A DNA stretch of 64,000 nucleotides from assembly GCA_964016885.1 (NCBI GenBank), contig OZ024758.1, forward strand, positions 10,726,001-10,790,000. The letters run 5' to 3'. The notes under the pieces were generated by a model. The model made no database searches and had not been told where the DNA came from. It saw only the letters and a list, made by a program, of their open reading frames with translations. Made by a program: the position numbers and the translations under genes. Each line of letters opens with the position of its first letter. The first letter of the stretch is position 1. Source of the DNA: Eledone cirrhosa (taxonomy: Eukaryota). This document shows, in pieces, positions 42,173-57,634 of the stretch.

Positions 42173-45100
42173 TCATGTGTAATTTCTTAGAATGCTTAGC
42201 TAATGATATCAACAGAAAATAAGCCCGTTTAATCTACCATTTCTTAAGCCACAGATGGTTCCTGTATATATTTCAAATAAAACTGTTTTTAAACAGATTT
42301 GTGATTCTTGAGAAGTTGGATCACAATTCCCCTTCATGCTATAGTAGTATTACTTGAAGAATATTTCTAGCGAGTTAGCTAGTTAGAGAAAATAATAACG
42401 GCAGGGATTGAACACGGTGATACCTAATTTACAAATGGGTAATTTACAGTAAGCTAACTACACCGCATTTAATTATACAATGTTAGCTCTATTACAGCCG
42501 TATATTTTACCATCTAACGCCAACCATTTGCTTGATTGAGCTTGAGAATGTTAAATTGCTTGGCCATGTAACATCTGTAAAGGAATTCATTCGTCCAGCT
42601 GCCACTTGAGAGGTGAAATATAATTAACACAGTTTTTTCTTCAATGGAATTGTTGGCGCTGGATAAATAACAAGGCGACAATTGATAATCTAATCGAGTA
42701 TCTGGTGTAATTTACGTATTGTTTCTTCTGCAATACAGCATTTGATCTCCTTCTGTTATTACGATATATTTCTTTTTGCTCACTTTAATTCCCTTCAATT
42801 ACATATATCAAAAGACTAAATGCAGACAGAAATGATTTCGCACCTTTTACGAAACCAAGGAAGAAGTATAATCGGTTGAATTGATCCTCGTAAATTGATA
42901 GAATTTATTTTATCGATACGGAGAGATGAAGACTGATGTTGAGTATATTACAGTTTGCTATGCAATAGTAGAAAAGGACGATATAAATACTCTAAGCTAA
43001 CTACATATTTTCTCACATTTCATTGCTCTACATACCTATTACGTATCTCATTCTCTAACTAGCTCACTCAGAAGCTGGCCAATATTGTTTTTACTAAGCG
43101 GAAATAAATATAGAGAGGGTGGCTATTCAAGAATCGATGCATCTTAACAGAGCCTTAAGTGAAGAAGTGAAGAAATAATCTTTGCAACAGAAACTAAGAG
43201 GAGTTAAGTAGGCAGGTTTTTATTAATGTTATATCACTGTAGTCTTGTTAAGTTCCTGTTTCCAGCGTGTATTCCATTGATTTGCTACGTTTCTGACGGA
43301 AATCAGATTCTCTCTACAAAGTTTCTTTTACAAGGCACTGGGAAGGGCAAGGTTTTATATTATTTTAGCAATGGGAATTGTTCCGAAATTTCTTGCTTTA
43401 TGAACTCTGGACGTCGGTGATGTAAATACATACTAAAACCGTGCCATGATATTGCCTTACCAGGAGTTTAACAGTTCTTGTAATCCATTCACCAGGAACA
43501 TTCAATCTGTTACATATAGTTAAATACTTTATGTATTAACTTAAGTTACGTTTATTTCTCTTTTCTCTTTGTTTTCACACTCTTTATTCGTTTTTCTTTT
43601 CACACTTATATCTATATAAAGAATCACTAAACACACACATCTATGTGTATATACATACGGTATATACACATCTATCTATGTGTATATACATATGGTATAT
43701 ACATTATTTACATTCTATTTAATCCGATGTCTAGTTTATATTTTCACGTACAACTTGTAAAATCTTACCCTCCCGTTTCTCTATTCTTTAAAGTTTTAAT
43801 ATTTGCTCTGTATACTTATTTACTATGATTGATTTGAATATCAGCGCCATCTACTTGTAGAAAGCAACACACAAGCTGCTACCCCATAAATATTGTGTCA
43901 AGTTTCACATCTATGTCAATATGACAACTAACATAAACGCCCACATAACAACACGTGTAGGTGTACATACTCATAAATTCAACAAAACATATATACACAA
44001 TTCACGAATATGTTCGTATACTAACATAAACATGTACATAGATTACAAATGCACTCAGATATATAAACATACTATTTTATACTTATATACATAGCAACAT
44101 ATATACACATGCAATGTTGCTGAAGAAAATAAGCCAGGTGACAATTCTGAATACAAAGTACACATACAATAGCATATAACATACCTGACACATTGGGTTG
44201 TAAAACGATTGACGTTATTTTTACAATTTAAGACTAAATCTCGCTTAGAAATTGCTAAAATATAAAAATTGCCAACTGATCCAAAGTCAGTTAATTGAAA
44301 TATTTTAAAAATTGCAGATGGGCATAATATCTTGACTTTAAGCAAACCTGATAACGTAACAGACATGTTTCACCATTCACATAACTTACCAGCGAAGCGT
44401 ATTCTACTCAGTCGGCTAGCCCACTCTAGATCTCTATAAATGTTTCAGCCTTTTTAATATATATGTAGCTGGAATACATTCTCGGCTGTGAACATTTTTA
44501 TGGTCGTATGTTATCGTTTGAAGGAGGTTTGGCTGCTTTTTCTAGCAGATCAAACGATCACATATCGACCCAACCCTGTACTTCATTGACTTGCGATTCA
44601 ACTGAAATATTATTCTAAAACTATATTTTATTATCTTGAACATTACTGCAATTAATCTACCTAATTAATTTAGAATTAATTCTTAGACGAACGTTATTAC
44701 ACTAAACAAGAAAAAGGGGAGAGAAGTAAGTACGTGACAATTCGAAACCGTGATGTGTTTTCATTTTCCGTGGGAACCTATTCCTTTTACTTGCGTTGCC
44801 AGATTTCTTAGGGAAATATTTGAACATCAATTTCACTGGCCAAAGAATATTAGACTTCTTGTCTATTGAACAAACTCTCTTTCAGCGGTAAATATCTCCC
44901 ACACACCACTCAAAAACCTAAAATATAATAAAATAAAGACGTGTAGAGAATAGAAATAAAATTAAAAGAAGAGAAATATCGAAAATGTAGACATGTCTGA
45001 ATATATGAATGTGAAGTTGTATGCTGAAAGATAATAACAACAAACACAATAGAAAACAATAGAATTGTGAAGTTGCCTTGTCACAACGAATTATCTTACA

Positions 45101-45889
45101 ATTGTGAATAGCCTTCCAGAATCGTAATGGGTTTACAAAATGAATGAAAATATATTTAGATTTAGACCAGAGACAGTGACAGCACATATAAGAGAGAATC
45201 AATATGTGACAAGACCTTGAATGAAGTACTATCATGAGAAGTTATATTATAGAATCAGTTGAAAAACAATGTAAAAGAGAAGAGAAATCTGTGATATCCT
45301 GTAATAAGCAATTAATTGTTAAATTAGCCTGTCGATGATATAAATCCATGAATAATATAACAACTAAAATACAAAAATATGAAGGAAGTTGGATAAAAAT
45401 AAAAGGGGAGTAAGATTATTTTCATACAGAAAAAGATATATTTGGTGCGAGTACATATACAGTAAGAAGTGAACTATGTTTGAGAATATATTTTGATATT
45501 TAAAGAATTCTTACTAAATGTATAATACACACCAGGTTTGAACTATCAATAATTTTATCTCACTCTCATACAAGAGAAGCTATGCTGCTCCTAACAATCA
45601 GTTACAGAACTAAAACATTAACTGGATGTTTATAGCACATTGTTTAGTGTTTCATTGTTCAAATTAAAGCTCCATAAGGGGCTGACTGTGTTTTATGTCT
45701 TTGTAGCGACTGTAATTTTATTGACAGTCAATACATTATAGCTATTTAATAAATTCTATAAAAGTATCCAGGGAAAACAAAATAATTATTACTTCTGACT
45801 ATGACAGGTGGGCAAAATAAATAGCAGTCGATCCAATACTGGTGTCTTTGTAATCGACTATAACCGAAGAGTAGGGGTCAGTAAACGCC

Positions 45890-45924
<35 letters not shown>

Positions 45925-46050
45925 GAATGTATGTATATGTATGTATACAACGTAGGAAAGTAAGAGATATAAAACATTTTTAATTTGGTAAATACGTGAA
46001 GTAAATGAAATGCGCATTGTCCTTGTATAAAATGTTCAGATTTATATACA

Positions 46051-46055
<5 letters not shown>

Positions 46056-46109
<54 letters not shown>

Positions 46110-46118
46110 TCTCTCTAT

Positions 46119-46150
<32 letters not shown>

Positions 46151-46301
46151 ATATGTATATGTATATATATGTATATATATATATATGTATGTATATATAT
46201 ATGTATATATATATTTATATATATATATATATATATAAATATATATATACATATATATACATACATATATATATATATACATATATATACATACATATAT
46301 A

Positions 46302-46355
<54 letters not shown>

Positions 46356-46360
46356 CATAC

Positions 46361-46397
<37 letters not shown>

Positions 46398-46450
46398 CAT
46401 ACACACACATATATATATACATACACACACACACATATATATATATACAT

Positions 46451-46481
<31 letters not shown>

Positions 46482-46514
46482 CATACACACACACACACAT
46501 ATATATATATACAT

Positions 46515-46545
<31 letters not shown>

Positions 46546-46554
46546 CATATATAT

Positions 46555-46621
<67 letters not shown>

Positions 46622-46632
46622 TATATATATAT
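46056..46632. repeat. (CT)n-(TA/TACA)n-(CA)n compound microsatellite
   Basis: Direct reading. Confidence 0.95.
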
Positions 46633-49140
46633 ACACTTATTCAAATATTTTATGCTACCCTTAATACAAAAGTGCTCTTTCAACATATCTATAATATATA
46701 TTTATCATGCAAAGTAGAAACTATTTATTTACTCTCTACTTATTGATAATGTTTAATTGATGTCCTTGCTAAATGTTTGAACTTTAAAATGCCATAAAAT
46801 ACAACAATAGGTGCATTGCATATAAATTATATGCGTAAAATTGCAAGCTAGAATTATATTTCATTCTGTTAATATTGTTGTATTAGTTTAATAGTTTCTT
46901 CTTCCTTATATTATCAATATTGAATGTAGAATTGACATAAACTCCTCAGTTATAATATTATGAAATTAATACTGCTGTCACAGAACAGCTTGTTGGCGTC
47001 AGTATAATATTTATACAAGCGTGTCTTTTTTGGAAGCACTCACTGCATTTCTGAACAAGAAACGTGCTTACGATATAAAATATATAGCCAAAAGTTAAAC
47101 ATGGTCGCCATATCGACTCGAATGTCATTGCTATTTAGGTCTCCCTTGCTGAGAGCGTATCTATGATTTCTCATCGAAAATTGTATATTCTTCGAGCAAA
47201 GGAAAGTTAATGGCCAAACAAGAATATTTCTTATGAAATTACATTGGTCATTTTCTCATAGGATCAATATAAACGAAGATAATTCTCAGAAAGTCGTTTG
47301 CTTTGTATATGACTAACTACCTTTATGATATGACTAACACAAATGTAATATATAGACCGTTTGAGACACATATACAAGCTCATGAGTATTTCTATATACG
47401 TTAGAAGTCACGTATAAACTCAGAAATATAAATGAGATGATAGTATTTGTTTTAGGCGAATTGATTCACATATATAGTAAGCTAATTGACAAATTTCCCT
47501 GAAGAGTAGATTCGCTGAATAATTTAAATTCAATTAAATTATCATTTCATTGAGGGTATATTTATCAATGATCTTCAAAATATCTTAATATATTCAAACA
47601 CGTAGCATTGAATTTGTTGATATATTCACCTTACTATCTAACGAGATTGTAGGTCAGTTTTCATTTCGAGTTAAGTGCGAAGTTTTATGATCAAGTTTTG
47701 CCTAGTACTGATATGTTCCATTTTTATAACCCTACCAGTATTGCTAACATAACTAGGGTCACACTCTACATCATTTCTATTTCTTAAGAATATGTATTTC
47801 TACGACAAACGAGCAGAGGTAGCATTAATGCATGAAGTAGATATGTTTTCTAGGTCCCGCCAAACAATCTGCCTTTTAATCCTTTTGATAAGTCTACATG
47901 ACTCAATTCGATATTCCTATGTGGTGGAACCTCGAAGTATCAGCCAACAATTCTTTTTTGTTTCGTAATATGAGTGTGTGTATGTGTATATGTGTGTATC
48001 TATGTTTATGTGAGTGTGTGTATCTGTGTTTATGTGAGCGTGTGTGTATCTGTGTTTATGTGAGTGTACACACGTAGGCAGAAACACATTAAAATTAATA
48101 GATTACATACGTCTAATGCTATTTTCATTAGAAGAAAGCTGGGTTTCTTTAGATGTCTAATATTGATTCGGAATTGATTTATAATTTCCATAAGCAGGTG
48201 AAGTTTCATTTCTGTAGTTGAATTCGTGAGCAGATAATAACGCATTTTCATCCGTTTCTAGAAGAAAACGCAGCTAGTTTTAAACTAATTTCTGTAATTA
48301 TACTTTTAATTTCCATTATCGAATTCAACATAGAAGCTAACTTCATGGACAAAACGAAGGACTTTGCAATGAGTATTAAAACTGAATCTCTTCTCTAGAG
48401 AGTTTGCTTCGGTGTTCATTTATTTAACAATATAGGACCGCTCTAGAAAGTTGTTACGTAAATTGCTGATATAATTTATACGAGGCTAACACTGTTTTAT
48501 TACTACCATCTAGAAATCCTCCAAACGTAGACATCCAAAAAATTGATATTGTTTCTTATCAATTCAAGTTATCTTTTCGATTAAAGAACAGAATTCTTTT
48601 TCATGAGGAAATAATTTTGATTTTCACTAACAATAAGTAAGTTAAATAGAAACCATTTTCTCAATATGATAATTGCTAGAGGTGCCTACTAAGTATTTTG
48701 ACAGCAGTTTAAAGGGAGGTAGAGTAATAGAAATATTTTAAATATGCTCTTCATTTTGATCTTCTTTTTAATATGGCAACCGGATATCAGTCAGTTATTA
48801 ATATCCGGTTCATCAGGAAAAATTTAATCTGGTTGAAAAACCATTTTGTGTTGGTACTTTATTCTATCTATATTCTGTTTTATCGGCTACAGTGAAAGAA
48901 ATTGTTTTCAATTACAAATATACTCGTATATATTCTAAGTTTATTTTAATCAAATCTATTCAAAATGATATGTTCTCAATTTATTCATCTGTCGATAGTA
49001 TATTATGTTTTAAATTATACCAAATTTTCAATAAGTAGAGATGACCTTCAGTAAGTGGAACAGAGAACAATTATAATCTAAGTGGATTTACATATATTTC
49101 AGTGGGTGACTTGAAGTGACCCATTAACCCTTTTGTTTAA

Positions 49141-49554
<414 letters not shown>

Positions 49555-51702
49555 ATATATATATATAACAGTAGACCAACTAGTTAATCAACTTACACGA
49601 AGTTGAAATCCTCCCTACATCGATAGCTTAGAGAGAGAGAAAGTGTTCTTTACTAATATAACATGCTCTCCAACTCATTCTTCGAAAGAAGGATACACAT
49701 CAAGTATTGTCTCAATAGTCTTTTGGATTGTGGATCTCATTCACACTTCTTCTATACATCCTCCTTACACTCATATAAACCAAATTAAGACTGACATATT
49801 CCTAGCTCTCTACACGTCTATTTAACAGGCAGCTTATTTTATTAAATTTAAACTAAGAGTTCTTACATTAAAACTGAACGACGAAAATATTTTCTGGATA
49901 ACTTCACAAGATTTGCTCACATATGGAAAGAAAAGAGAGAAAAATGAGAGGTAAGTTAAAATTCCAGTTGTTTTCAGAATATGTAATATCCATTTACACA
50001 GTTTTATTTTATAGCTCGGAAAAACTGGGATATAATTAATGATATTTAATGATGTATGTTTAATTGATTTCGCGATATCGTTTCTTCTTTGTTCATATTA
50101 TCCAGGCTTCATTCTGGTCATTGGACATTGAAATGTCGATTTACCACTGGTTTTTATCCCCCTCCCCCCAGTCAATATCTATTATGATTATGCGTACAAA
50201 CGAAAACAGAAACACTACACATATCTCTATGTATCGCTATATTCCTACATTTCTTCAGAGCTTTTATTTTAATCACCTATCATATATTTTCCTATGTCTG
50301 AACTGAACCAGACTGCTCAATTTATTTAAATTTTCTTTATTTTATTTTGAGTGCGGATGATTTTCTTCTATAATGAACAGTTCAATTCCCTTGTTTAAAA
50401 TGGCTTTTATCTCTTCATCGTTTACAATAAATCAATAACGTTGTTTAGCATGCTTTTAACCACTTAATTCAAAGCCAATTCATAAACTGCATATTAGAAT
50501 AAAGTCCAGTCGCCAACATCATTAGATGCTTCAATTTTAGTATTAAATATTTTGGTTTTTTTTACCATGTTCATTTTTCGTTGTTGTTAGCTTTGGAACA
50601 TTCCAGAGAAATGTTTCCTTGGAGATGTTCTTTTGGAGTAATTACAACTTTATTTGATCCTTCCTTTAGCATTTTGACGGTGTCATTTACAACCTTAGAA
50701 CCTATTCAGCAACAACGTTGCTATTAAGTCAGTAAAGATGGATGCACCCCTTCCATTTCATTAAAATTAACACAGAACGTCGATGTCAGCCTTCTACCTC
50801 GAAATCTCCCCAATGACTAATACTCAGCTATTAAACCGAAACCATACTTTCTTAGTTTTACAAACACTACGTGTAGAAGTTGCTGATATTTTCCTGTTCA
50901 AGCTGTAATAATGGTTTCTGATTTAGGCACAAACCAGCAATTTGGGTGGAGGGATAAGTCATCTACAAAGACTGTCCTTTTACCATCCTTTCCAGGGGAA
51001 AATGCTTTTCGATCCACAAAAATTAAAATCCAAACCGTAATAATTGATTTGCCGTAATTGACCAAGAAATAGTTTCACCAAAAAATAGATGGATAAAATG
51101 CAACGATTATCTCAGGAATATTTCATATAACCTCACAAAAGTCACGTGAAGGAAATTGGGTAGACAGAATCTATTTGGATGGAGTGAACATGTAATTCAA
51201 CTGTAACACTATTTCACACTGTGTAACACCGAATCTCCCTGAGAATTACGTTAATTTTAGCAGAGTGTTTTGATGATTTAACAAGTGGAATACTTAACGT
51301 CTACATCGTTGATCGTCAATTTTATTAACTTCGTCTTCTCGAAAATATTTAACATGAGCCACGACGTCATTCCTCGCAGAATAAAGACATAAACATGCTA
51401 ATCATTCTGTGTTGTATGATTCCATTTATAATATTTCAACGCATTTATCTTCTGCATCGTATATCATATAGATAACAATGATATATTACCAAGTGGAATA
51501 TCTATTATTTATCACCACAAGAGAAAATATAGAAATAGTATATACACATAAAAATGTGTGTGTATATATTTATTCATTTATATCTATTTTTATTTATTTA
51601 TTTATTTTTATTTATTTTTATTTTTCCCTTCTTTTCATGTTCTTATTGTTAACTTCCCTCCTTACTAACCCCCTCTTATTCCCTCTCGGAGGTCCTCTCT
51701 AT

Positions 51703-51738
51703 TTTCCTGATGAAGGGCTTATGTCCGAAACGTCGAAA
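51703..51738 (+). ncRNA. Minimal type-I hammerhead ribozyme (family D)
   Basis: TTTC-CTGATGA-A-GGGC-TTAT-GTCC-GAAAC-GTC-GAAA: stem I TTTC/GAAA, palindromic ACGT, GUC triplet; about 80-nt tail then (TA)n. Confidence 0.85.
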
Positions 51739-51816
51739 CCCCTCCCACTCTCAGCAAGCGTGAACCTAAAACAACTATGTACGATTGACGCCTGCGTTTG
51801 TTTGCTTGTCCCTTTG

Positions 51817-51866
<50 letters not shown>

Positions 51867-51921
51867 TGTGTATATATGTGTCTATGTATAGAGAAAAACC
51901 AGACCCTCCATCTCAACTCAC

Positions 51922-51957
51922 CTTTTGAAAAGCAGAAGAACTGCGAAATCGTGTAAG
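51922..51957 (+). ncRNA. Family E U3-A8 hammerhead, 3' side decayed
   Basis: CTT-TTGAAAA-GCAG-AAGAA-CTGC-GAAA-TCGTGTAAG; upstream 35 bp matches 2974-3006. Confidence 0.6.
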
Positions 51958-52628
51958 ATAAATATATCTCTCTATATATATTCATATATAAAACACTCAC
52001 TCACTCACTCACTCTATTTATATAGTATATATATATATATATATGTCTGCATCGTATATAGTATATATGTATATATATGTCTACATGTATATATATGTAT
52101 ATATATATGTCTGTAGATGAATTGCTCTGGTTTCGATTATTAAAGTTAATAATTGGCTGAAATCTCTATTGGTTATTGATCCAATTAACATATAAAACGA
52201 CCTTCTGTATTTTTAATACAACAATACTTCAAATAAATACGTTATTTAGATAATCAAACACTGTTTACTACATGTAGAAATATAATATATATTTAGCTAT
52301 TAGCACAATTCTATAAAATACAATCGAGAAACCAGAGGTTTAGAGAAAGTGAGACAAATAAATTCTGCGACTCATAAACATGTTTTAATTAGTTTTAATG
52401 CCTACACATATACATAAATATTCATTAAAGTGAGATACACGCACGGCTTGGAGCCAGGGTCGGTATCTTTCTAATCTCTATAGACTCTGCATCTCCCCAT
52501 GCATTGAGTACTCCCATGATTAATGGTCCCCTCGGTCTCACCACCACTCATTCTCTCTGACTCTCTCTTCCCCCCTCTCTCTCCCTCTGTCTCTCTCTCT
52601 ATATATATATATTTGTGTTTGTGTGCGG

Positions 52629-52664
<36 letters not shown>

Positions 52665-53196
52665 GTGTTTATATATGAGCATTGGACACTGTCTGTATAC
52701 ATTTATATACCTATTATGCACAGATGGGATTATAAATTCTACAGACACAGACACGCACACACACACACACGCACACACAAACACACAAACACACACACAC
52801 ACACGTTTGTGTGCCTGTGTGTGCTGAAATTACCATGCTGTCGCTACTAAGCAGGTGAAGGAAAAATCTAAATGTAATCACTCTAATAGACACATGTTTT
52901 ATGTCAGTTCTTAGAGTGTCAATTCCATAGTAATTATTCGTTGTGATACAAGACAAGTAGGAGACCTGCAACAGCTGCGTTTTCTGTTGATGTTGTTGTT
53001 GTTATATCCAAATCAATCCTGATTGACCTGACATATGATGACATGTATTGGATCTATCACTAACCTGTCTTAAGTTTGGACTACACTATCTGATGGGTCA
53101 TTTCTTCTTTTTTTTTTTTTAGACCGCGGGTGTAATTTGAGGGAGACCTTGTTGCTATTACTAACCGGTCAATGTGGTCATGGCGTGGTTTAAGGT

Positions 53197-53273
<77 letters not shown>

Positions 53274-53920
53274 GTGCGTGCGTGCGTGCGCGCGCGCGCG
53301 GTTTAATAAAGCCAATGGTTTATTCTGGTCTGTTAATGTCTTAATGTGGTGAATGTCATGTTTCCTACTAAATTATATATTTTCCTTTATTTTACATTGG
53401 AACCATACACTCTGTTTTATTGTTGAGAACAGCCTTTTAAATATGTAAATTTTACTTCTATGAATTACATTGTCATCAATTTTACAGTTGCACTATTGAA
53501 TTATGAATAGGTTTCTTCTTCATCATCGAAATAATTGGTGACATTAAATATTGCTTTCCTGTTGGTCAGAATGATAATGGAGATATCTTTTAAAGTAGGA
53601 ACTATATAACAAGATCTTGATAGGATTTAAGCGGAAATATATAAAGGGAGAGAGAACATGTCTATATGAGAGAACAGAGTTACAAGAAGCTATGATATAA
53701 TGTGATTTAATGTGGTGATTGTTGGGAACAGGAGTGAGGTTTAACAGTTGGTTCGGTTCAGGCTGAACTAATTTACAGCTGATGGTAATGAGATTGAATC
53801 TTAGTGGACTGCGCTGATCTAAAAAAACGAGACATTGTAACCTATAGAAAACCGACACACAAACATATTGAAGTGGGTGGTTAGTTGTTATTTTTAGCAA
53901 GTCAAAAGGACTGAATACAT

Positions 53921-54977
53921 AATATATTTATATATATATATATATAATATATTTATATATATATATAATATATTTATATATATATATATATAATATATTT
54001 ATATATATATATATAATATATTTATATATATATATATAATATATTTATATATATATATATATAATATATTTATATATATAAATATATATATAATATATTA
54101 TATATATATATATATATATAATATATTATATATATAATATATTTATATATATATATATATATAATATATTTATATATATAAATATATATATAATATATTT
54201 ATATATATATAATATATTTATATATATAAATATATATATAATATATTTATATATATATAATATATTTATATATATAAATATATATATAATATATTTATAT
54301 ATATATAATATATTTATATATATATATATATAATATTTATATATATATAATATATTTATATATATATAATATATTTATATATATATAATATATTTATATA
54401 TATAACATATATATATATAAATAATATATATATATAATATATTTATATATTTATATATATATAATATATTTATATATATAACATATATATATATAAATAA
54501 TATATATATATAATATATTTATATATTTATATATATATAATATATTTATATATATAACATATATATATATAAATAATATATATATATAATATATTTATAT
54601 ATTTATATATATATAATATATTTATATATATAACATATATATATATAAATAATATATATATATAATATATTTATATATATAAATATATATAATATATTTA
54701 TATATATACTATATATATATATAAATATTCCGGGTCAATATTTATTTATTAAAAAATCTGTATTTTATCTTATGTATATATAAATATATAAATATATTAT
54801 ATATATACATATAAATATATTATATATATATATATATATATAAATATATTATATATATAAATATATTATATATATATATAAATATATTATAAATATATTA
54901 TATATATATATAAATATATTATAAATATATTATATATATATATAAATATATTATAAATATATTATATATATATATAA

Positions 54978-55023
<46 letters not shown>
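53921..55023. repeat. Almost pure A/T minisatellite (aatatattt + (AT)n units), orientation flips near 54730-54780
   Basis: Units read tataatatatttata before the island ttccgggtc and tataaatatattata (reverse complement) after it. Confidence 0.85.
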
Positions 55024-55024
<1 letters not shown>

Positions 55025-55116
55025 GTGCGTAAATACTTACATACATATGTACATATATATATATATAATATATAATATATATAAAATAAATGTCCTCTCA
55101 ACAACCATATATATAA

Positions 55117-55527
55117 AATAAATGTCCTCTCAACAACCATTGCCTCGATAAAAACTTAATTTATGAATGTAAAATTATAACTAGCACCAACTCCTTCACC
55201 TATTTTGGCTCCACTTCCACCTCTTTTAAAGCTCGTCTCTATAATCATCATTCATCTTTCAAATACAAACTTAAAAGAACTAACACTGCTCTCTCAGAAC
55301 TCATATGGTCCTTAAAAGACAAAAACATTAAATATAACATCTTTTGGAAAAAGATTTCTTCTGCATCCTCGTACTTGAACAGTTCTCTATCTAAAATCTG
55401 TAATCTCTGCCTAAATGAAAAATTTACCATTATCTCTAACCTAGAATCCATAATAAATAGACGCTCGGATTTGTTTTCCATCTGCCTTCATAAATTCCAT
55501 AGAACTTTTCACAAAGTATACAGTTAA
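55117..55527 (+). CDS. 5'-truncated Penelope-like element GIY-YIG endonuclease C-terminus (136 codons, uninterrupted, no start codon)
   Basis: Manual translation: NKCPLNNHCLDKNLIYECKIITSTNSFTYFGSTSTSFKARLYNHHSSFKYKLKRTNTALSELIWSLKDKNIKYNIFWKKISSASSYLNSSLSKICNLCLNEKFTIISNLESIINRRSDLFSICLHKFHRTFHKVYS*. Shows LIY/YFG boxes, conserved R and H, CxLCxxEK, N and terminal CxH. Confidence 0.9.
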   Translation, partial: NKCPLNNHCLDKNLIYECKIITSTNSFTYFGSTSTSFKARLYNHHSSFKYKLKRTNTALSELIWSLKDKNIKYNIFWKKISSASSYLNSSLSKICNLCLNEKFTIISNLESIINRRSDLFSICLHKFHRTFHKVYS

Positions 55528-55582
55528 TATTCAATTCTTTATCAATTTAGAATCTTTTCTCAAAGGCACATATACATACACC

Positions 55583-56670
55583 TCTTTAAAATATACCCAT
55601 CTACCTTACTTTAAAGGGCATTATACACTCTATAGTACTCGTTTATTCATTTACCTCATCCTATCTTCTCGTAAAACAATAACATTTGTTTTTGACATTT
55701 TGAATATTCATCCGCAATCATTATTATTTTTTTTTTTTTTTCCCTCTATCATAAATCTTTTTAATCTCAATTTCATCCTTAATTTATTATTATATATATT
55801 TTTTTTAATATATACTCATATATTCTTTAAAATATACCCATCTACCTTACTTTAAAGGGCATTATACACTCTATAATACCCGTTTACTCATCACCCTCAT
55901 TATATCTCTTCGTAAAACAATAACATTTGTTTTTGACATTTTGAGTATTCATCCGCAATCATTATTATTTTTTCTCTCTATCATAAATCTTTTTAATCTC
56001 AATTTCATCCTTAATTTATTATTATTATTTTTTTCTCCCCATCAACGAACTCATTATTAATACATATGAATTCAATATAAAAACTTTAACTTCACATTTT
56101 TCTCAAATCCTATACATAAACATTTTCTCTTTGCTAATTTTAAGATTCCTACATTTCTCCTTTTGAATATTCACCCACAATTATTATTTTTTTCTCTCTA
56201 TCTCCATACATAATCTCCCTTCGTTATTTTTTTCTCTCTATCTCCATACATAATTTCCCTTCGTTAATTTTCAAATTCCTTTAATTTATACATTATCTTC
56301 CAACGGTTCCCAACCTCTCTATATTAAAACATTATATCTTTTTCTCAGTTATAAAAACTATCTCTTTCTATCTATCACCCATCTCTCCCTTTCCACCTTC
56401 ACTCTCATCTCCTCCCCTTTTTTTCATCCTTTCCACCCCCACCCCTCCCTAAATATAATATATTTTTTCCTCGCACATATCCTCCCTTCGTTAATTTTCA
56501 AAATTTTTAATTTATACAGTATCTTCCAACGGTTTTCAACCCCTCTATATAAAATATATCTCCTCTCTGTTATAAAAACTATCTCTTTCTCTCTATCACC
56601 CATCTCTCCCTCTCATCTCCTTCCCTTTTCATCCTTTTCTCTCCCCCCCTCTCTAAATAAAATATTTTTC
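55583..56670 (+). repeat. Nested tandem duplications in the PLE 3' UTR
   Basis: Period 241 (starts 55583, 55824), period 40 (about 56183, 56223), period 228 (starts 56257, 56485). Confidence 0.85.
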
Positions 56671-56767
56671 CCAATATCACACATCAATCTAAAACCACTT
56701 TTCATATGTTGATTTAAAACCGCACTATCAACAAGTGTTTTTTTAGCCTTCATATCATGTTCTCCTG

Positions 56768-56834
56768 TTTTATCTGATGAAAACACAAATATTATTGTTT
56801 GATGATGTTTGTTTTTGAAATGCGCATAATAAAA
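56768..56834 (+). ncRNA. Type-I hammerhead ribozyme with long stem II
   Basis: TTTTAT-CTGATGA-AAAC-ACAAATATTATT-GTTT-GATGATGTTTGT-TTTT-GAAA-TGCGC-ATA-ATAAAA: 6-bp stem I, about 15-bp stem II with GU pairs, palindromic ATGCGCAT, AUA triplet. Confidence 0.85.
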
Positions 56835-57136
56835 TATATTGAACTCCTTTAACCATCTTTTGATCTTATATTATGCATACTCCAGTCCCACAAACTGTAG
56901 AGTGCTTCTTATCCGATATCTGCATTGCTTTATTGTACTACAATAAAACTCACCTCCTACATATATATATATATATATATATATAATATCATATCATATA
57001 TTGAGTTAGAAACTCAAAATAGTCTTTTACAATTAAATAGCTCAAAGAAGGGAATCTTTCCGAGCCGTGTAATACAATTGAATATACTAGCTAACTTGGT
57101 AATTTACAATTCAAACACTTGTATTGGTATTCATCC

Positions 57137-57232
<96 letters not shown>

Positions 57233-57320
57233 TATATATATATATAATGTGCATATGTGTATGTACATAGATATATATCCATGTGCGTGTATATAATTTT
57301 TGTGTATGACAGAGAGAGAC

Positions 57321-57355
<35 letters not shown>

Positions 57356-57634
57356 TACAAAATATGAGGAAAACAATTGGTTAACTATCTACTAGAAAAT
57401 GAGTAAATTCTAAGTGGGTGGTGGTGGCGGTGACGGAAAAGATCACAAGATTTAAGGACAATGAGATGAAGGAGAGTAAGAGAATTGAGTTTGAATTTAT
57501 TATGACTTATAATTAGATCTAGAGATGGAAAACAGTAAACTAAAACGAAAATAAAAACGTGGAAAATATAAGAGCGATATTATAAGTAGCAGGATCGTAA
57601 TATAAACTAAAAGATCACTTGAAATATAGCAATG

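Larger units (their letters stand above)
55117..56960 (+). mobile_element. 3' portion of an autonomous-type Penelope-like retroelement (endonuclease, 3' UTR, hammerhead, tail)
   Basis: GIY-YIG ORF followed by a pyrimidine-rich UTR with internal duplications, a sense hammerhead at 56768-56834 and (TA)n at both ends. Confidence 0.8.

Noticed and set aside
48778-48820. Minus-strand CTGATGA followed by a 9-bp hairpin
   Set aside because: No GAAA box after the stem; not a hammerhead as it stands.
55248-55481. 77-aa minus-strand ORF
   Set aside because: Antisense shadow of the plus-strand GIY-YIG frame.
55117-55527. Selenocysteine recoding, reported for some Naiad-clade PLEs
   Set aside because: No in-frame TGA in this fragment; all Cys positions are TGT or TGC.
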